Source: Naegleria gruberi (Eukaryota). Taken from it: a stretch of 64,000 nucleotides of DNA. This document shows, in pieces, positions 18,728-27,620 of this stretch. The notes under the pieces were generated by a model. That model worked only from the letters and a program-made list of their open reading frames with translations. It was not told the DNA's origin and did no database searches. Location: the NCBI GenBank assembly GCA_000004985.1, contig GG738852.1. One strand, given 5' to 3'. Numbering within the stretch: the stretch's first letter is position 1; each line of letters begins with the position of its first letter. The translations under genes and the position numbers were made by a program.

Positions 18728-20491
18728 TTATTCTCTGATTTTCACGTGAGGATGGCTTACATGAACCTGTGTTTTATCTTCGTGTTGCTTCAACAGGCTC
18801 ACAATTTTTGTGTGCCCTTCTGTTAGTGCTATTTCCATTGGTGACTGAATTGTTAATGCTGACCAGAGCTGGCAGACAACTTACCAGCTTTTGGTTGTTT
18901 AAAAAAAGTGTTTCAGAGCCAATAATTTTAAATAGTACTTACTTCATCCTTATTTTGTTATAATGGCTTGTAAGGTGGAGAATACATACATTTTTAAAAA
19001 CCCACTACATAATAGAGCTTTAACATGCTTTGTGTTCCTCAACTTACATCCTTAAATAATCGTAAACATCATGTTGATGTGATTATCACATACGAAACTT
19101 ACAGTCTGCATGTTGTTAAACATCATCACACATGCCAGAAACTTACAAACTTTAGGACGTAAAAACAACATTTAACGGAAAATGGACTTACTTGCTTAAT
19201 AATATCACACAACATTATTTACATCAACATCTTAAATACATACTCCTCTTTTAACATCAACTCCTACAACATTCACTAATAATTGAGGAGTCTTCATCAA
19301 TGCATCCATGTTCAATGTTAAAAAAAGCTTACCTCCTATTACATCTTTCAAATGTAAATATTACAAGAAATACTTACATACTAATAATCAAGGTCATTAA
19401 AATTGATTCTTGAAAGCATGTAAAACATACAATCTATGTACATTTAGAAAATCAAATAAGCTGATCACTTACATCCTACATGGAGTGAGATCACTAATTC
19501 ATACTGCATACTTACATACTGGATGGCAAGTGAGTATTCAAATAACGAACATACGTACAGACTTGAATCATTCAAATAATAAGACTATATACATCGAAAG
19601 GTACTCACATACTATCGGATTATTTAAGTGGAGAAAATGGGAGTAACTTACACTCTGACAAATTGTAAAACAAGTTCAAAAGAAGCTCACTTACTCCTTT
19701 GTTGACATCAATCCTTTTTGATTTTAACAATATTTCTACAATGGCTAAATTTTCACTCTTACATGCAACATGAAGGGGACTCTTTTGATCTGTTAGAATG
19801 TCTTCAATCCATGCTACATACATACTAAACAAAAGGAAGAGACAATGGAACAATACGAATTGGAAATGAAACTTACGTAGTTCTATTAGATTGAAAGTCA
19901 ATTTTCCTTGTCAAAAAATTGAAATTGCTTACATTCTTATTACAATAATATTACAGAATAACAAGGATTGAATCTTACATTTTCCTATTTGGAATACTTC
20001 ATGTAATCTTGATTCTGAACTTACATACTAACATTATTATTTCTGATATATTGTTCAAATGCCTAAGACAACTTACTCCTCTATTTACATCAACTTCATC
20101 CCTTTCCACCAATAGTTTTACTATATTGACATGCCCGAACGTACATGCTGTATGTAAGGGAGACTTTTGAGAGATTAATTTCTGGTCTTTCCTCAAACTA
20201 CACTTACATTCTAATCACGCCAAATTCAATTCCTCAGATTATTGATAACTACGTACAGCCTTTTTAATAGAATCCAGTAAATTTTGATATCCACAAACTT
20301 ACTCCTTTATTTACATCAATTCCTTTTATTCCCAACAGAAATTGTACATAATCTGTATCACCTCTCTCACAAGCCTCAATCAATAATGTTTTCCCTTCAA
20401 CTTCATCATTGATAAAGCTTTCAAAATTCCGAATCTGACAAAATTGATGAAAGTTTCCGCTTCTAAGAATATTGAATGCCTTTTGAGCCAT
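18728..20491 (-). CDS. Ankyrin-repeat protein; predicted 27 exons and 26 introns, including chains of 3-nt micro-exons
   Basis: Clear ANK exons:
- 20303..20491: MAQKAF...GKTLLIEACERGDTDYVQFLLGIKGIDVNKG
- 20077..20163: SPLHTACTFGHVNIVKLLVERDEVDVNRG
- 19695..19781: SPLHVACKSENLAIVEILLKSKRIDVNKG
- 19244..19291: TPQLLVNVVGVDVKRG
- 18728..18844: SPMEIALTEGHTKIVSLLKQHEDKTQ...stop
Each is followed by GTAAGT or GTATGT directly after the ..DV(N/K)xG codon (phase 0). The intervening sequence parses entirely into GT-AG units of 39-55 nt separated by exons of 3, 6 or 15 nt. Exons (615 nt) plus introns (1149 nt) sum exactly to the 1764-nt span. The gene call is solid. Micro-exon usage is inferred from splice signals only. 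Confidence 0.65.
18845..19694 (-). other. Micro-exon linker 3 of the ANK gene: 17 introns (39-55 nt) and 16 small exons
   Basis: Small exons, in minus-strand order:
- AGT 19652..19654
- TAT 19609..19611
- TCT 19559..19561
- TAT 19516..19518
- GAT 19473..19475
- ATT 19431..19433
- TAT 19378..19380
- GAG 19333..19335
- 48-nt half-ANK exon 19244..19291
- CAA 19192..19194
- TTT 19147..19149
- ACT 19103..19105
- GAT 19048..19050
- 15-nt exon 18990..19004
- GATGAA 18943..18948
- CTG 18885..18887
Intron lengths are 40, 40, 47, 40, 40, 39, 50, 42, 41, 49, 42, 41, 52, 43, 41, 55 and 40 nt. Confidence 0.5.
19782..20076 (-). other. Micro-exon linker 2 of the ANK gene: 6 introns (49, 40, 43, 50, 52, 40 nt) and 5 micro-exons
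   Basis: Micro-exons TAT (20025..20027), GAAAAT (19979..19984), AAT (19933..19935), AACTAC (19877..19882) and TAT (19822..19824). Each lies directly between an AG acceptor and a GTAAGT, GTAAGA, GTAAGC or GTATGT donor. The last intron ends ..caaaag, and the next exon starts exactly at SPLH. Confidence 0.5.
20164..20302 (-). other. Micro-exon linker 1 of the ANK gene: 3 introns (43, 46, 44 nt) and 2 micro-exons
   Basis: Minus-strand parse:
- intron gtaagt..aaaaag (20260..20302)
- micro-exon GCT (20257..20259)
- intron gtacgt..gattag (20211..20256)
- micro-exon AAT (20208..20210)
- intron gtaagt..caaaag (20164..20207)
The next exon then starts exactly at SPLH. Confidence 0.5.
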
Positions 20492-20582
20492 TTTTTAAGA
20501 GATGATTCATCTCCTCTATTGAGGCTCATCATTATATTTTCAAATGTAATGTAATTCAGTAGTGACAGATGGAAATTACATT

Positions 20583-21185
20583 CTATTCAATTTCGCTCTT
20601 CAATTTTTCATAGATTGTCAAGGCTACTGAATCAGAGTCAATCTTATCCTTTCCCTTGCAGAGTGATTTGGCCATTTCCTTATCAACCTCCACGAGAAGA
20701 AGTTTATGTCTCGATTTACCTCCTCTATCTAAAGTTACTCTTGATTTTGAAACTCCCAAAACACCTGATACGTAATCACATAATTCCTTGTTGGCTTCTC
20801 CTTCTTTTGGTGGTGCAGCAATGTGTACTCCAATTTCTTCATCATTAATATTAGCTATTTGACTTGATGAGCTGTTAGGCTTAGCCAATATTGTCAATCG
20901 GATTGAATAGGGTAAATTTGCAGAGGCAATACTAATTGATTTTGGAATGGCAGTGCTGCTGCTACTTGATGAATTGCTACTACTGGCACTGCTGCTACTT
21001 GTTTCCGTCTTTTTCTTAGGAGCCATGATGGTAGTGAATGACGATGAATTAAATCTTTGATATGAACAGTGAGTGTGATATTCTGAGAGTGAACTAATCG
21101 GTGGTGAATAGATTAATGATGATGAGCCAATAATAATATTGTTATGTTTCTGATGAAGATGTCTTATCAAGCCTCTCTTCAACAT
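20583..21185 (-). CDS. DUF167/YggU (UPF0235) family protein with an S-rich N-terminal extension
   Basis: Single ORF with a genuine ATG. The C-terminal ~90 aa ([72 protein letters not shown]) fit the DUF167 pattern (AkP.ak...i......l.v.iaApp.eGeAN.eL..yl...Lgv.ks.v.l..G..SR.K). Confidence 0.65.
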   Translation of the reverse strand: MLKRGLIRHLHQKHNNIIIGSSSLIYSPPISSLSEYHTHCSYQRFNSSSFTTIMAPKKKTETSSSSASSSNSSSSSSTAIPKSISIASANLPYSIRLTILAKPNSSSSQIANINDEEIGVHIAAPPKEGEANKELCDYVSGVLGVSKSRVTLDRGGKSRHKLLLVEVDKEMAKSLCKGKDKIDSDSVALTIYEKLKSEIE

Positions 21186-21676
21186 GAATTATTTTTTCCA
21201 ATTTCTATCAATTAATAAACAATCACGATGAACAATAATTTCATCTTCATCATTTAAAATTCAGTCCAATATATGAGAGTATTAAACCATTTGATTCAGA
21301 AATTAGAATGAGAATAATATTCATCTTTTGATCCGACTAATCGCAATAGAAGACATTAGATTGTAGCACATTTGCAGCGCTGCAATCTTTCGCATCCAAC
21401 GGCTAACAAAAAAACAAGGGAAAATCAAACTCTATCTTCATCAAGTAAATCGGAAATACATCAAAGCCTCCATTAAGAATATTATCATCACCAACAACAA
21501 TTAATTGGATGAATAATAATTAAATAGAATAGTATTAATGAATATTCCTTCCTGGTAATAATATAATTATACAATGCCACCAAATATACCAATAGTTACA
21601 GTCACAACATCGACTACTTTAATTCCCAAACACAGATCATCAGCTGCTGTTCATAATACAAGTGGAGAAGGCTCGG

Positions 21677-23214
21677 ATGAATCACCAATTCCTCATCTCG
21701 ATCACAAGATATCTTCACCATTCCGTACGGATGACGTCGAACAGACAACAACAATTGAATAATAATAACAATGGTCAACAATCATCCTCTCCTAACATGA
21801 TGAATTCGAATAATTCTATATTCTTTGTAATTTGCTTTTGTTATTCATTCTTTTGTTCTGGATTGTCTATTAGCATGATTGGACCTCTATTGCCATCCTT
21901 TGTTGCTCAAATTAATTTATCAAAGTATAGAGAAGGTGACATGACAAAAGTCTCATTAGAGGATTTAGGATTGGTATTTCCGAGCAGAGGTTTAGGAACA
22001 ATGTTGGGAAGCTTGTTAGGAGGATTCTTATTGAATTATTCAATCAAACATTGCTCGAGACAACAACATTTAATTCCACTCTTATTTAGTACTACTGGAG
22101 CTATTTTCATGTTATGTGCAAAAGTTTCATTACTTTTGGCTTCACAAGTTCAAGTTTTTGCAATTATTTACTTTGTAGTTGGTTTTTGTAAGTGATTTAT
22201 TTTACAATTATTGAAATAATCCCAACAATTACAGCACATGGATTAATTAATGTCAGTTCTAGTAGTTATATTTTGGCCAAATTCCCTAAAGAGAAGGTTA
22301 CTTTTTATTTTCAATTATTGAATGCATTGTTTGGATTGGGAGCTGTATTTGGACCATTCTTGACAGCCATAACAAAAAAGTATTATTCTAAATCTATTCA
22401 AACCAATGTAGTTGCAGTAGCTATTCTTTCAGATAGTGCCACTACAAAGGCAATTATTATTACATTAATGCTATTATCTATTTCTATTTTCCTTTATATT
22501 TCCGAGATTAAAAAGACCAAGCCAATCAATTCATCATCACCACAAAAAGAGTCCAATAGTGTCACTAATTGGAGTTCTAGAAATATCAAGATTATTGTAT
22601 TTATTTGTTTGGGAATTGTTTGCGTGACAGGTGTTGAACATGGAGTTGGTGGTACTTTGTATTCTTTTATTCATACAAAGAATTTAACAACAGAATCAGA
22701 GGCCAGTATGATAAATTCATCCTTCTGGCTTTCATTTACATTGGGAAGAATTATTAGCATTTTCCTTTCCTACCACATGAGATCATCATCAATTTTGGTT
22801 ATGGACCTTGTTGGTTCATTATTGAGCTCAGTCCTCTTTTTACTTTTCAATGATAATGTTTCAGCAATATGGGCAGCTACTGTGCTTCTTGGTCTTTCAC
22901 TTTCTTCTCAATATCCAACATTGCTTTCATTCCCTTCCTCATACTTAGACATCAAAGTTTCGAGCATTATCACATCATTATTTATTGTGTGTGGAGGTGT
23001 TGGATCAATGGTATTGCCTTACATTATGATTTCACTTTTCAAGTTGAAGGGACCTGAGAGCATGTTTTATGTCTTGTTCTTTACCCTCATCGTGGTTTCA
23101 TTTATTTATTCATATCTGATTCTTGGTTTCAAAAAGAAGATTCTTGACCCATATTTAGGAGGTATTATTAGCGATACAGTCTATGAAGATGATTCATTAA
23201 AGAGAAGAAAATAA
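21677..23214 (+). CDS. Major facilitator superfamily transporter (2 exons; 5' end uncertain)
   Basis: ORFs 21662..22195 and 22192..23214 join in frame through intron 22188..22234 (gtaagt..acag, 47 nt, phase 1). About 11-12 hydrophobic helices. The first in-frame ATG is at 21677, since the track start at 21662 is GTG. An upstream ORF at 21574..21762 in another frame is unresolved. Confidence 0.65.
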
Positions 23215-23244
23215 CACGTAATTTTTCACAATTTTAAGAATTGT

Positions 23245-24630
23245 TTAAATGGATGATCTAGAGGATACACTCTTTCTTGATGTTTGATTTTCCATCATGG
23301 CTTCAATAGCTTGCTTTACCTTATTGTATTGATCTGGATTCTTTTCAAAGTACATTTCCAAAACTCTTGGTTCAGTTTTAGTACCTGGCTTAAAGGTGCA
23401 TGTGAGAATTAATGTTTGATTGAGTGTATCTTCTTCAAGTTCCAAAGTATCAGTGGATGAATTATCATCTTTAGAATGTGGAGCAAAAATAAATTCTTGC
23501 TTGGACAAAAATCCAGATCTTCTATTCAAGAGCAAGAGATCTGTGAAAACGTATAAATCTAAAATACCAGTCTTTCCATTTGATCTCTTATAGTTGACTT
23601 CATTGTCTCCCTCAAAATAATAGAGTAATCTTCTGGTTGGAATGAAAAAGTCCTTCAATTTGAAAGTTTCTCCCAATTCCAAGCTCTTATGAATGTTAGA
23701 ATATTCAAGTTGTCTATTATTCAATTCTGATGCAATTTCCTTAATGAGACTCAATGCATTCTCAATCAATACAAATGATTCATCATTATGATCAGTAAAT
23801 TCTTTCAATTGTTGTAATAAGAGTTGATATCTTGGAATTCTCTGAAGTGGCAATACAAGATGTCCATCAATGGTAAAATCTGATGATACAGTAGCCTCAT
23901 CACTCAATTTCTCTGCAATTTTATCCAACATTTTTCTCAATTTTCCATTCTTTTTCTTTTCCTCTTCAAGTGTTGAAACAGCAATTCCATAATTTCCAAT
24001 AAATCTCGTATAAAGTTTAAAAGAGTGAGCATAATGTAACATTAACTTGGCAACAGCTAGACAGGACAATCCATCAACTCCAAAATAAATCTTTTTCAAT
24101 TCTTGGAGGAAATTCTCATTAACACCCTTAATAATAGCAATATCATTAAATATTAAATCAAATGTTTCCTTTTGAAGAATTTCCTTGATTGGTTTCAAAT
24201 AATTTTCTTCCAAAGTTCTCAAACCTTTAACATAGCTCTCTTCAGTGGTCAAAATTTCTTCCAAAATTCGATCTCTTTTCTTTTCGATTGGTGACTTTTC
24301 AATAACCATTTTAATGTCATCAACCATTTCATCATCATTAATTGTTGTATTCATAATTTCATCAAAAATACTTTCATTACTCTTGACTGTTAAACTATCT
24401 TCTCTGGAGTGTTTCTTTGCAGGTGATGATAAATCTTCCTTGATCAAATTGTCAGTTGACATTTTGACTGGCATCTCCTTCTTCACAACTTCGGCTTCTT
24501 GTTCATCAAATAAATTATTATCAGCTTGTTGATTATTGGTTGATGATGTCTCGCTGGCTTGCTTGTAATACATCAAGACACCAGTCACTATCAACACCAG
24601 CACGTAGAATAATACTTCGAGTAATAACAT
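23245..24630 (-). CDS. RhoGEF (Dbl-homology plus PH-like) protein with an N-terminal TM anchor
   Basis: DH motifs RDRILEEILTTEESYVKGLRTLEENYLKPI and LVLPLQRIPRYQLLLQQLKEFT, followed by a PH-like C-terminal region. The track start at 24648 is TTG. The genuine ATG at 24630-24628 follows an A-run and gives MLLLEVLFYVLVLIVTGVLMYY (TM). Confidence 0.8.
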   Translation of the reverse strand: MLLLEVLFYVLVLIVTGVLMYYKQASETSSTNNQQADNNLFDEQEAEVVKKEMPVKMSTDNLIKEDLSSPAKKHSREDSLTVKSNESIFDEIMNTTINDDEMVDDIKMVIEKSPIEKKRDRILEEILTTEESYVKGLRTLEENYLKPIKEILQKETFDLIFNDIAIIKGVNENFLQELKKIYFGVDGLSCLAVAKLMLHYAHSFKLYTRFIGNYGIAVSTLEEEKKKNGKLRKMLDKIAEKLSDEATVSSDFTIDGHLVLPLQRIPRYQLLLQQLKEFTDHNDESFVLIENALSLIKEIASELNNRQLEYSNIHKSLELGETFKLKDFFIPTRRLLYYFEGDNEVNYKRSNGKTGILDLYVFTDLLLLNRRSGFLSKQEFIFAPHSKDDNSSTDTLELEEDTLNQTLILTCTFKPGTKTEPRVLEMYFEKNPDQYNKVKQAIEAMMENQTSRKSVSSRSSI

Positions 24631-24752
24631 TTTTTTCTTCTGCGCCAATTTAATATCCTAAATTTACTTTTAAAGGAAGAAACTTGTCAGCATTCGAATA
24701 ATTGTTATCTGCTTAACCTACCACACGAGTTTGAACTATTTTGGTTATTGAA

Positions 24753-26072
24753 TCAATTTTGAATAAAATTCAAGACACCAGTCATGCATCTCTTGAAATG
24801 TTGTGGAAGAATGTCAGAAATGAGGTGGAATGCATGGATTGGGATTTTTTCTACATGTTTGGAGAGTTTTACGCCACTATTGTTGAGCTTGTTGATGAAT
24901 GATTCAATTTCATCGACAAATCTTTCCCTCTCACTATATGAAATGAATATTCCCTTAGAAATGGTTTGGTTTACAATTTGATTGACACGTTCTTGACTCC
25001 AATAGAATGGAGAGAGATTTCTAGCTCTTTCTTGTTGGTTTAAACCACATGGTACTCCATTGGATTTCCAAGTACGAATTAATTTGTTAGAGATGGCTCT
25101 ATCTTGGTGATCGAGATCCATAATTGAGGAAGTTCCTTTCAGAGTTAAATCCAACCATGGTGAGAAGAGAATGGCTCCTTTCAAAATGGATTTGTAATTC
25201 ATTTCCTGCTCTCCTGTCAAGTTGGCAATCTTTTCACAAAGTAAAAGTCCCAAATTACCTCCAGATGATTCTCCAATAATGTAAATTTCATCCATTTTCT
25301 TTTCATTAACCAACCATTCAAAAGCACGAAATGCTTCCTCAACAATATCTTCAATTTGTGCATGTGGATAGAGTGAATATTCCAATCCTAATAAATTAAT
25401 TCCATTCCTCTTACAAAACTTTTCATAAATGTGACAAGTCCTGGCATTTCCCACAATATAGGCTCCTCCATGTAAATGCAAAAAACAACTTGTACTCTCG
25501 GATTTGTTCTTCTTTTTAAAATTGAAATATAACGACTTGTTTCCTTTCAATAAAACAGGTTGTTCAATCATTGTTTTGAAATTCACCTCCTCACTTGGTA
25601 CATAGAATGGACCAGCAAGCAGTACATGAGGAGAGGCAGGAGATTGTTGCTGAATTTCCAACAAGTCATGAATAATTAATTCCTTTGATTTTGTCTTATC
25701 AATAAAGTAATCATCTACATCGGGATGAGGTTGTGGCTTTCCATTCAATAATTCAAACCACCTCAGGCAAGCCAATTCTCTCGAATCCAATCCTTGCAAG
25801 GCAGCTTTCTTTTTATAAAGTGGTGTATCCTCATCCTCTTCATCATCATCCTCTCCTTCAGTATTATCCATCATCATGATTGGATCTACTCGAGTCTTGT
25901 AAATATTCCTCTCTACAAAATAAAAGGCTTTGAATAAGAGTTGGAGAATTGTGGCTGGAATGGATAATCTAAATAATAACCATGACATGGCAAAGAAAAT
26001 TGCCCAAAATATTATACTGAAAAGAATTAACCATTTAAGCCACCACGGAATTAATTGTACAATATAATTCAT
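24753..26072 (-). CDS. Alpha/beta-hydrolase fold-3 esterase/lipase (arylacetamide deacetylase/HSL-like) with an N-terminal TM
   Basis: Oxyanion-hole motif LHLHGGAYIVG (HGG type) and nucleophile elbow IIGESSGGNLG (GxSxG). The track start at 26078 is TTG. The genuine ATG is at 26072-26070. Confidence 0.8.
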   Translation of the reverse strand: MNYIVQLIPWWLKWLILFSIIFWAIFFAMSWLLFRLSIPATILQLLFKAFYFVERNIYKTRVDPIMMMDNTEGEDDDEEDEDTPLYKKKAALQGLDSRELACLRWFELLNGKPQPHPDVDDYFIDKTKSKELIIHDLLEIQQQSPASPHVLLAGPFYVPSEEVNFKTMIEQPVLLKGNKSLYFNFKKKNKSESTSCFLHLHGGAYIVGNARTCHIYEKFCKRNGINLLGLEYSLYPHAQIEDIVEEAFRAFEWLVNEKKMDEIYIIGESSGGNLGLLLCEKIANLTGEQEMNYKSILKGAILFSPWLDLTLKGTSSIMDLDHQDRAISNKLIRTWKSNGVPCGLNQQERARNLSPFYWSQERVNQIVNQTISKGIFISYSERERFVDEIESFINKLNNSGVKLSKHVEKIPIHAFHLISDILPQHFKRCMTGVLNFIQN

Positions 26073-26440
26073 TTCCAAATGTATTAATTAATAATTATTG
26101 TGATGATGAATTTTTTGTTTTTTTTAAAAAAAATGAATGAACATTATTTTCAACATTTTGTTTTTCATATTGGAGAATGGAGTGATAATTTTGGTGTTAT
26201 TTTAATATTTTTGGAGAATATTGTTAATAATAATTTACAATTTTATCAATTTTTATTTTTTAAACTTTCTTTTTTTGAGGATATGGAAATGAAATATTAT
26301 AATAACTTCCAAATCTTACTAGAATTTTTGAAAACCTGTCATCTAATTCAAATTCACGTAGGTAGCTTATGATACATTTTCAATATTATTGTATCACCAA
26401 CTTTATGGTTATATCTAATCTCCTTGATGATACTTAGATC

Positions 26441-26930
26441 CTAATGTTTACCAGTGAAATCCTCATCAGCGGATTCCTTATTAGAGTCTTCATCAAGTTG
26501 ATTAGCTTGTTGCAGAATAGATGAAACAGCTTCAAGATGCTTTATTCTCTCACCCAAAGAAGTGATGTTGAGCTACCATTATCAGTAACTGGGATGTAAC
26601 TTGACTTGTAGAAGTTGAAGACTTGTTTGCTGAAACTCTTTGACGATGCTTGTGACTATTGGAATGGTATGAGTGATATAGGATAAAGTGGTTAGATTTT
26701 TGATTAAATCTTCTCTTTTGAAAGTTGCCACTACTTTTCTTTGGTCTTTCTTCTCTCAATTTCTCACCTTTCTTAATGGCCTTTTGTTGTTGCTTGGATA
26801 TAATATCATTGATTGTGCCATCAGATTTATAAGTATTGATAAATTCTTTTGCAGCTTCAAAACCACCAGAACCGGCACTCAATTTAATGGCAATACAATT
26901 TAAGTCAGCAATATTCTGTTACATTGTAAA
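26441..26930 (-). CDS. Fragmentary unknown coding region (exon structure and 5' end unresolved)
   Basis: The open frame NIADLNCIAIKLSAGSGGFEAAKEFINTYKSDGTINDIISKQQQKAIKKGEKLREERPKK.. begins right after an ..aacag acceptor near 26930. The track 'M' at 26882 is TTG. A second coding-looking piece (KHLEAVSSILQQANQLDEDSNKESADEDFTGKH-stop) ends at 26441. It could join via a weak 37-nt gtagct..aaag intron. No family recognised. Confidence 0.3.
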
Positions 26931-27620
26931 TTAATAAAAACAAGATTGAGAACAAGTAATTATACTAATGAATATTAAAGCTCAAAGACTGTTTCACTTT
27001 TATTGATGAAGAATAAGTATGAAAAAATATTCAACTTATATTAAGTTTACAATAAAAACAAATCCATTCTTTACTTCGCTCAGAATTAGACATTATATCC
27101 TCAAATACTACTGCTCTCACTAATTCTTAATCTTAAACAATCTGATTCATCATTTGAGAGATATATCATTATACTCTCGTAAAATACAAGTTGAAAAAAT
27201 TGTAACACTTTAATTATGAGTTAATCAATAATTCAAGAAACCATTGTCTACATATGGAAGAACTAGTGTATTATTATAACAAAATTATTAAAATATTTTA
27301 AAAATTATCCTCAAAAAATAAGTCTCAACATCATGTCTTCATCATTATTAAGACAAAAAAAACCACTACTCCACCCTAAATCGAAAATATCTGTAAGTAT
27401 TGTATTTGCTTAATAAATTGGCTGGATGGTTGAATGAAAAGAGGATAAAATGTATACAATTTGTGTAGTAGAAAAATAAATTCACTGTTTTCAAAATCTG
27501 TTGTCCCATTGTTTTTACAAAAAAATTGATTATTTCAAAAGATTCATTCAAACTATCAATATGAAATACCAAATCAATATTACACATTTTTTTTAATTTT
27601 AAAAAAAAAACAAAATTATC

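Noticed and set aside
19410-19646. Plus-strand ORF (78 aa) and the read-through minus ORF extensions (e.g. VSLWISKFTGFY, VSCLRHLNNISEII) inside the ANK locus
   Set aside because: They are translations of intron sequence. Each minus-strand extension starts exactly at a GTAAGT donor and hits a stop shortly afterwards. The plus ORF has no start context or recognisable sequence.
18845-20302. Reading the ~45-bp periodic ACTTAC (plus strand) pattern as a minisatellite, a degenerate tandem repeat or a decayed transposon
   Set aside because: Apart from the splice-site hexamer, the AG and the length, the units show no interior similarity by eye. The signal is strictly strand-specific and colinear with the ANK reading frame, and every spacer is a multiple of 3 without stops. 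I therefore report it as an intron/micro-exon chain. A dot-plot is still needed to exclude ancient duplication.
21574-21762. 62-aa plus ORF (MPPNIPIVTVTT...) upstream of, and overlapping, the MFS transporter frame
   Set aside because: It could be a first exon or a uORF, but the candidate GT..AG joins I tried (47 and 83 nt from the gtggag at 21662) give the wrong phase. It is left out of the gene model, and the 5' end is flagged as uncertain.
27333-27398. Plus-strand ATG..(MSSSLLRQKKPLLHPKSKIS) followed directly by GTAAGT, as a possible first exon of the 27621 gene
   Set aside because: I found no in-frame acceptor before 27621. The 27621 ATG has its own A-rich leader and starts a complete domain, so this is probably a chance ORF-plus-donor.
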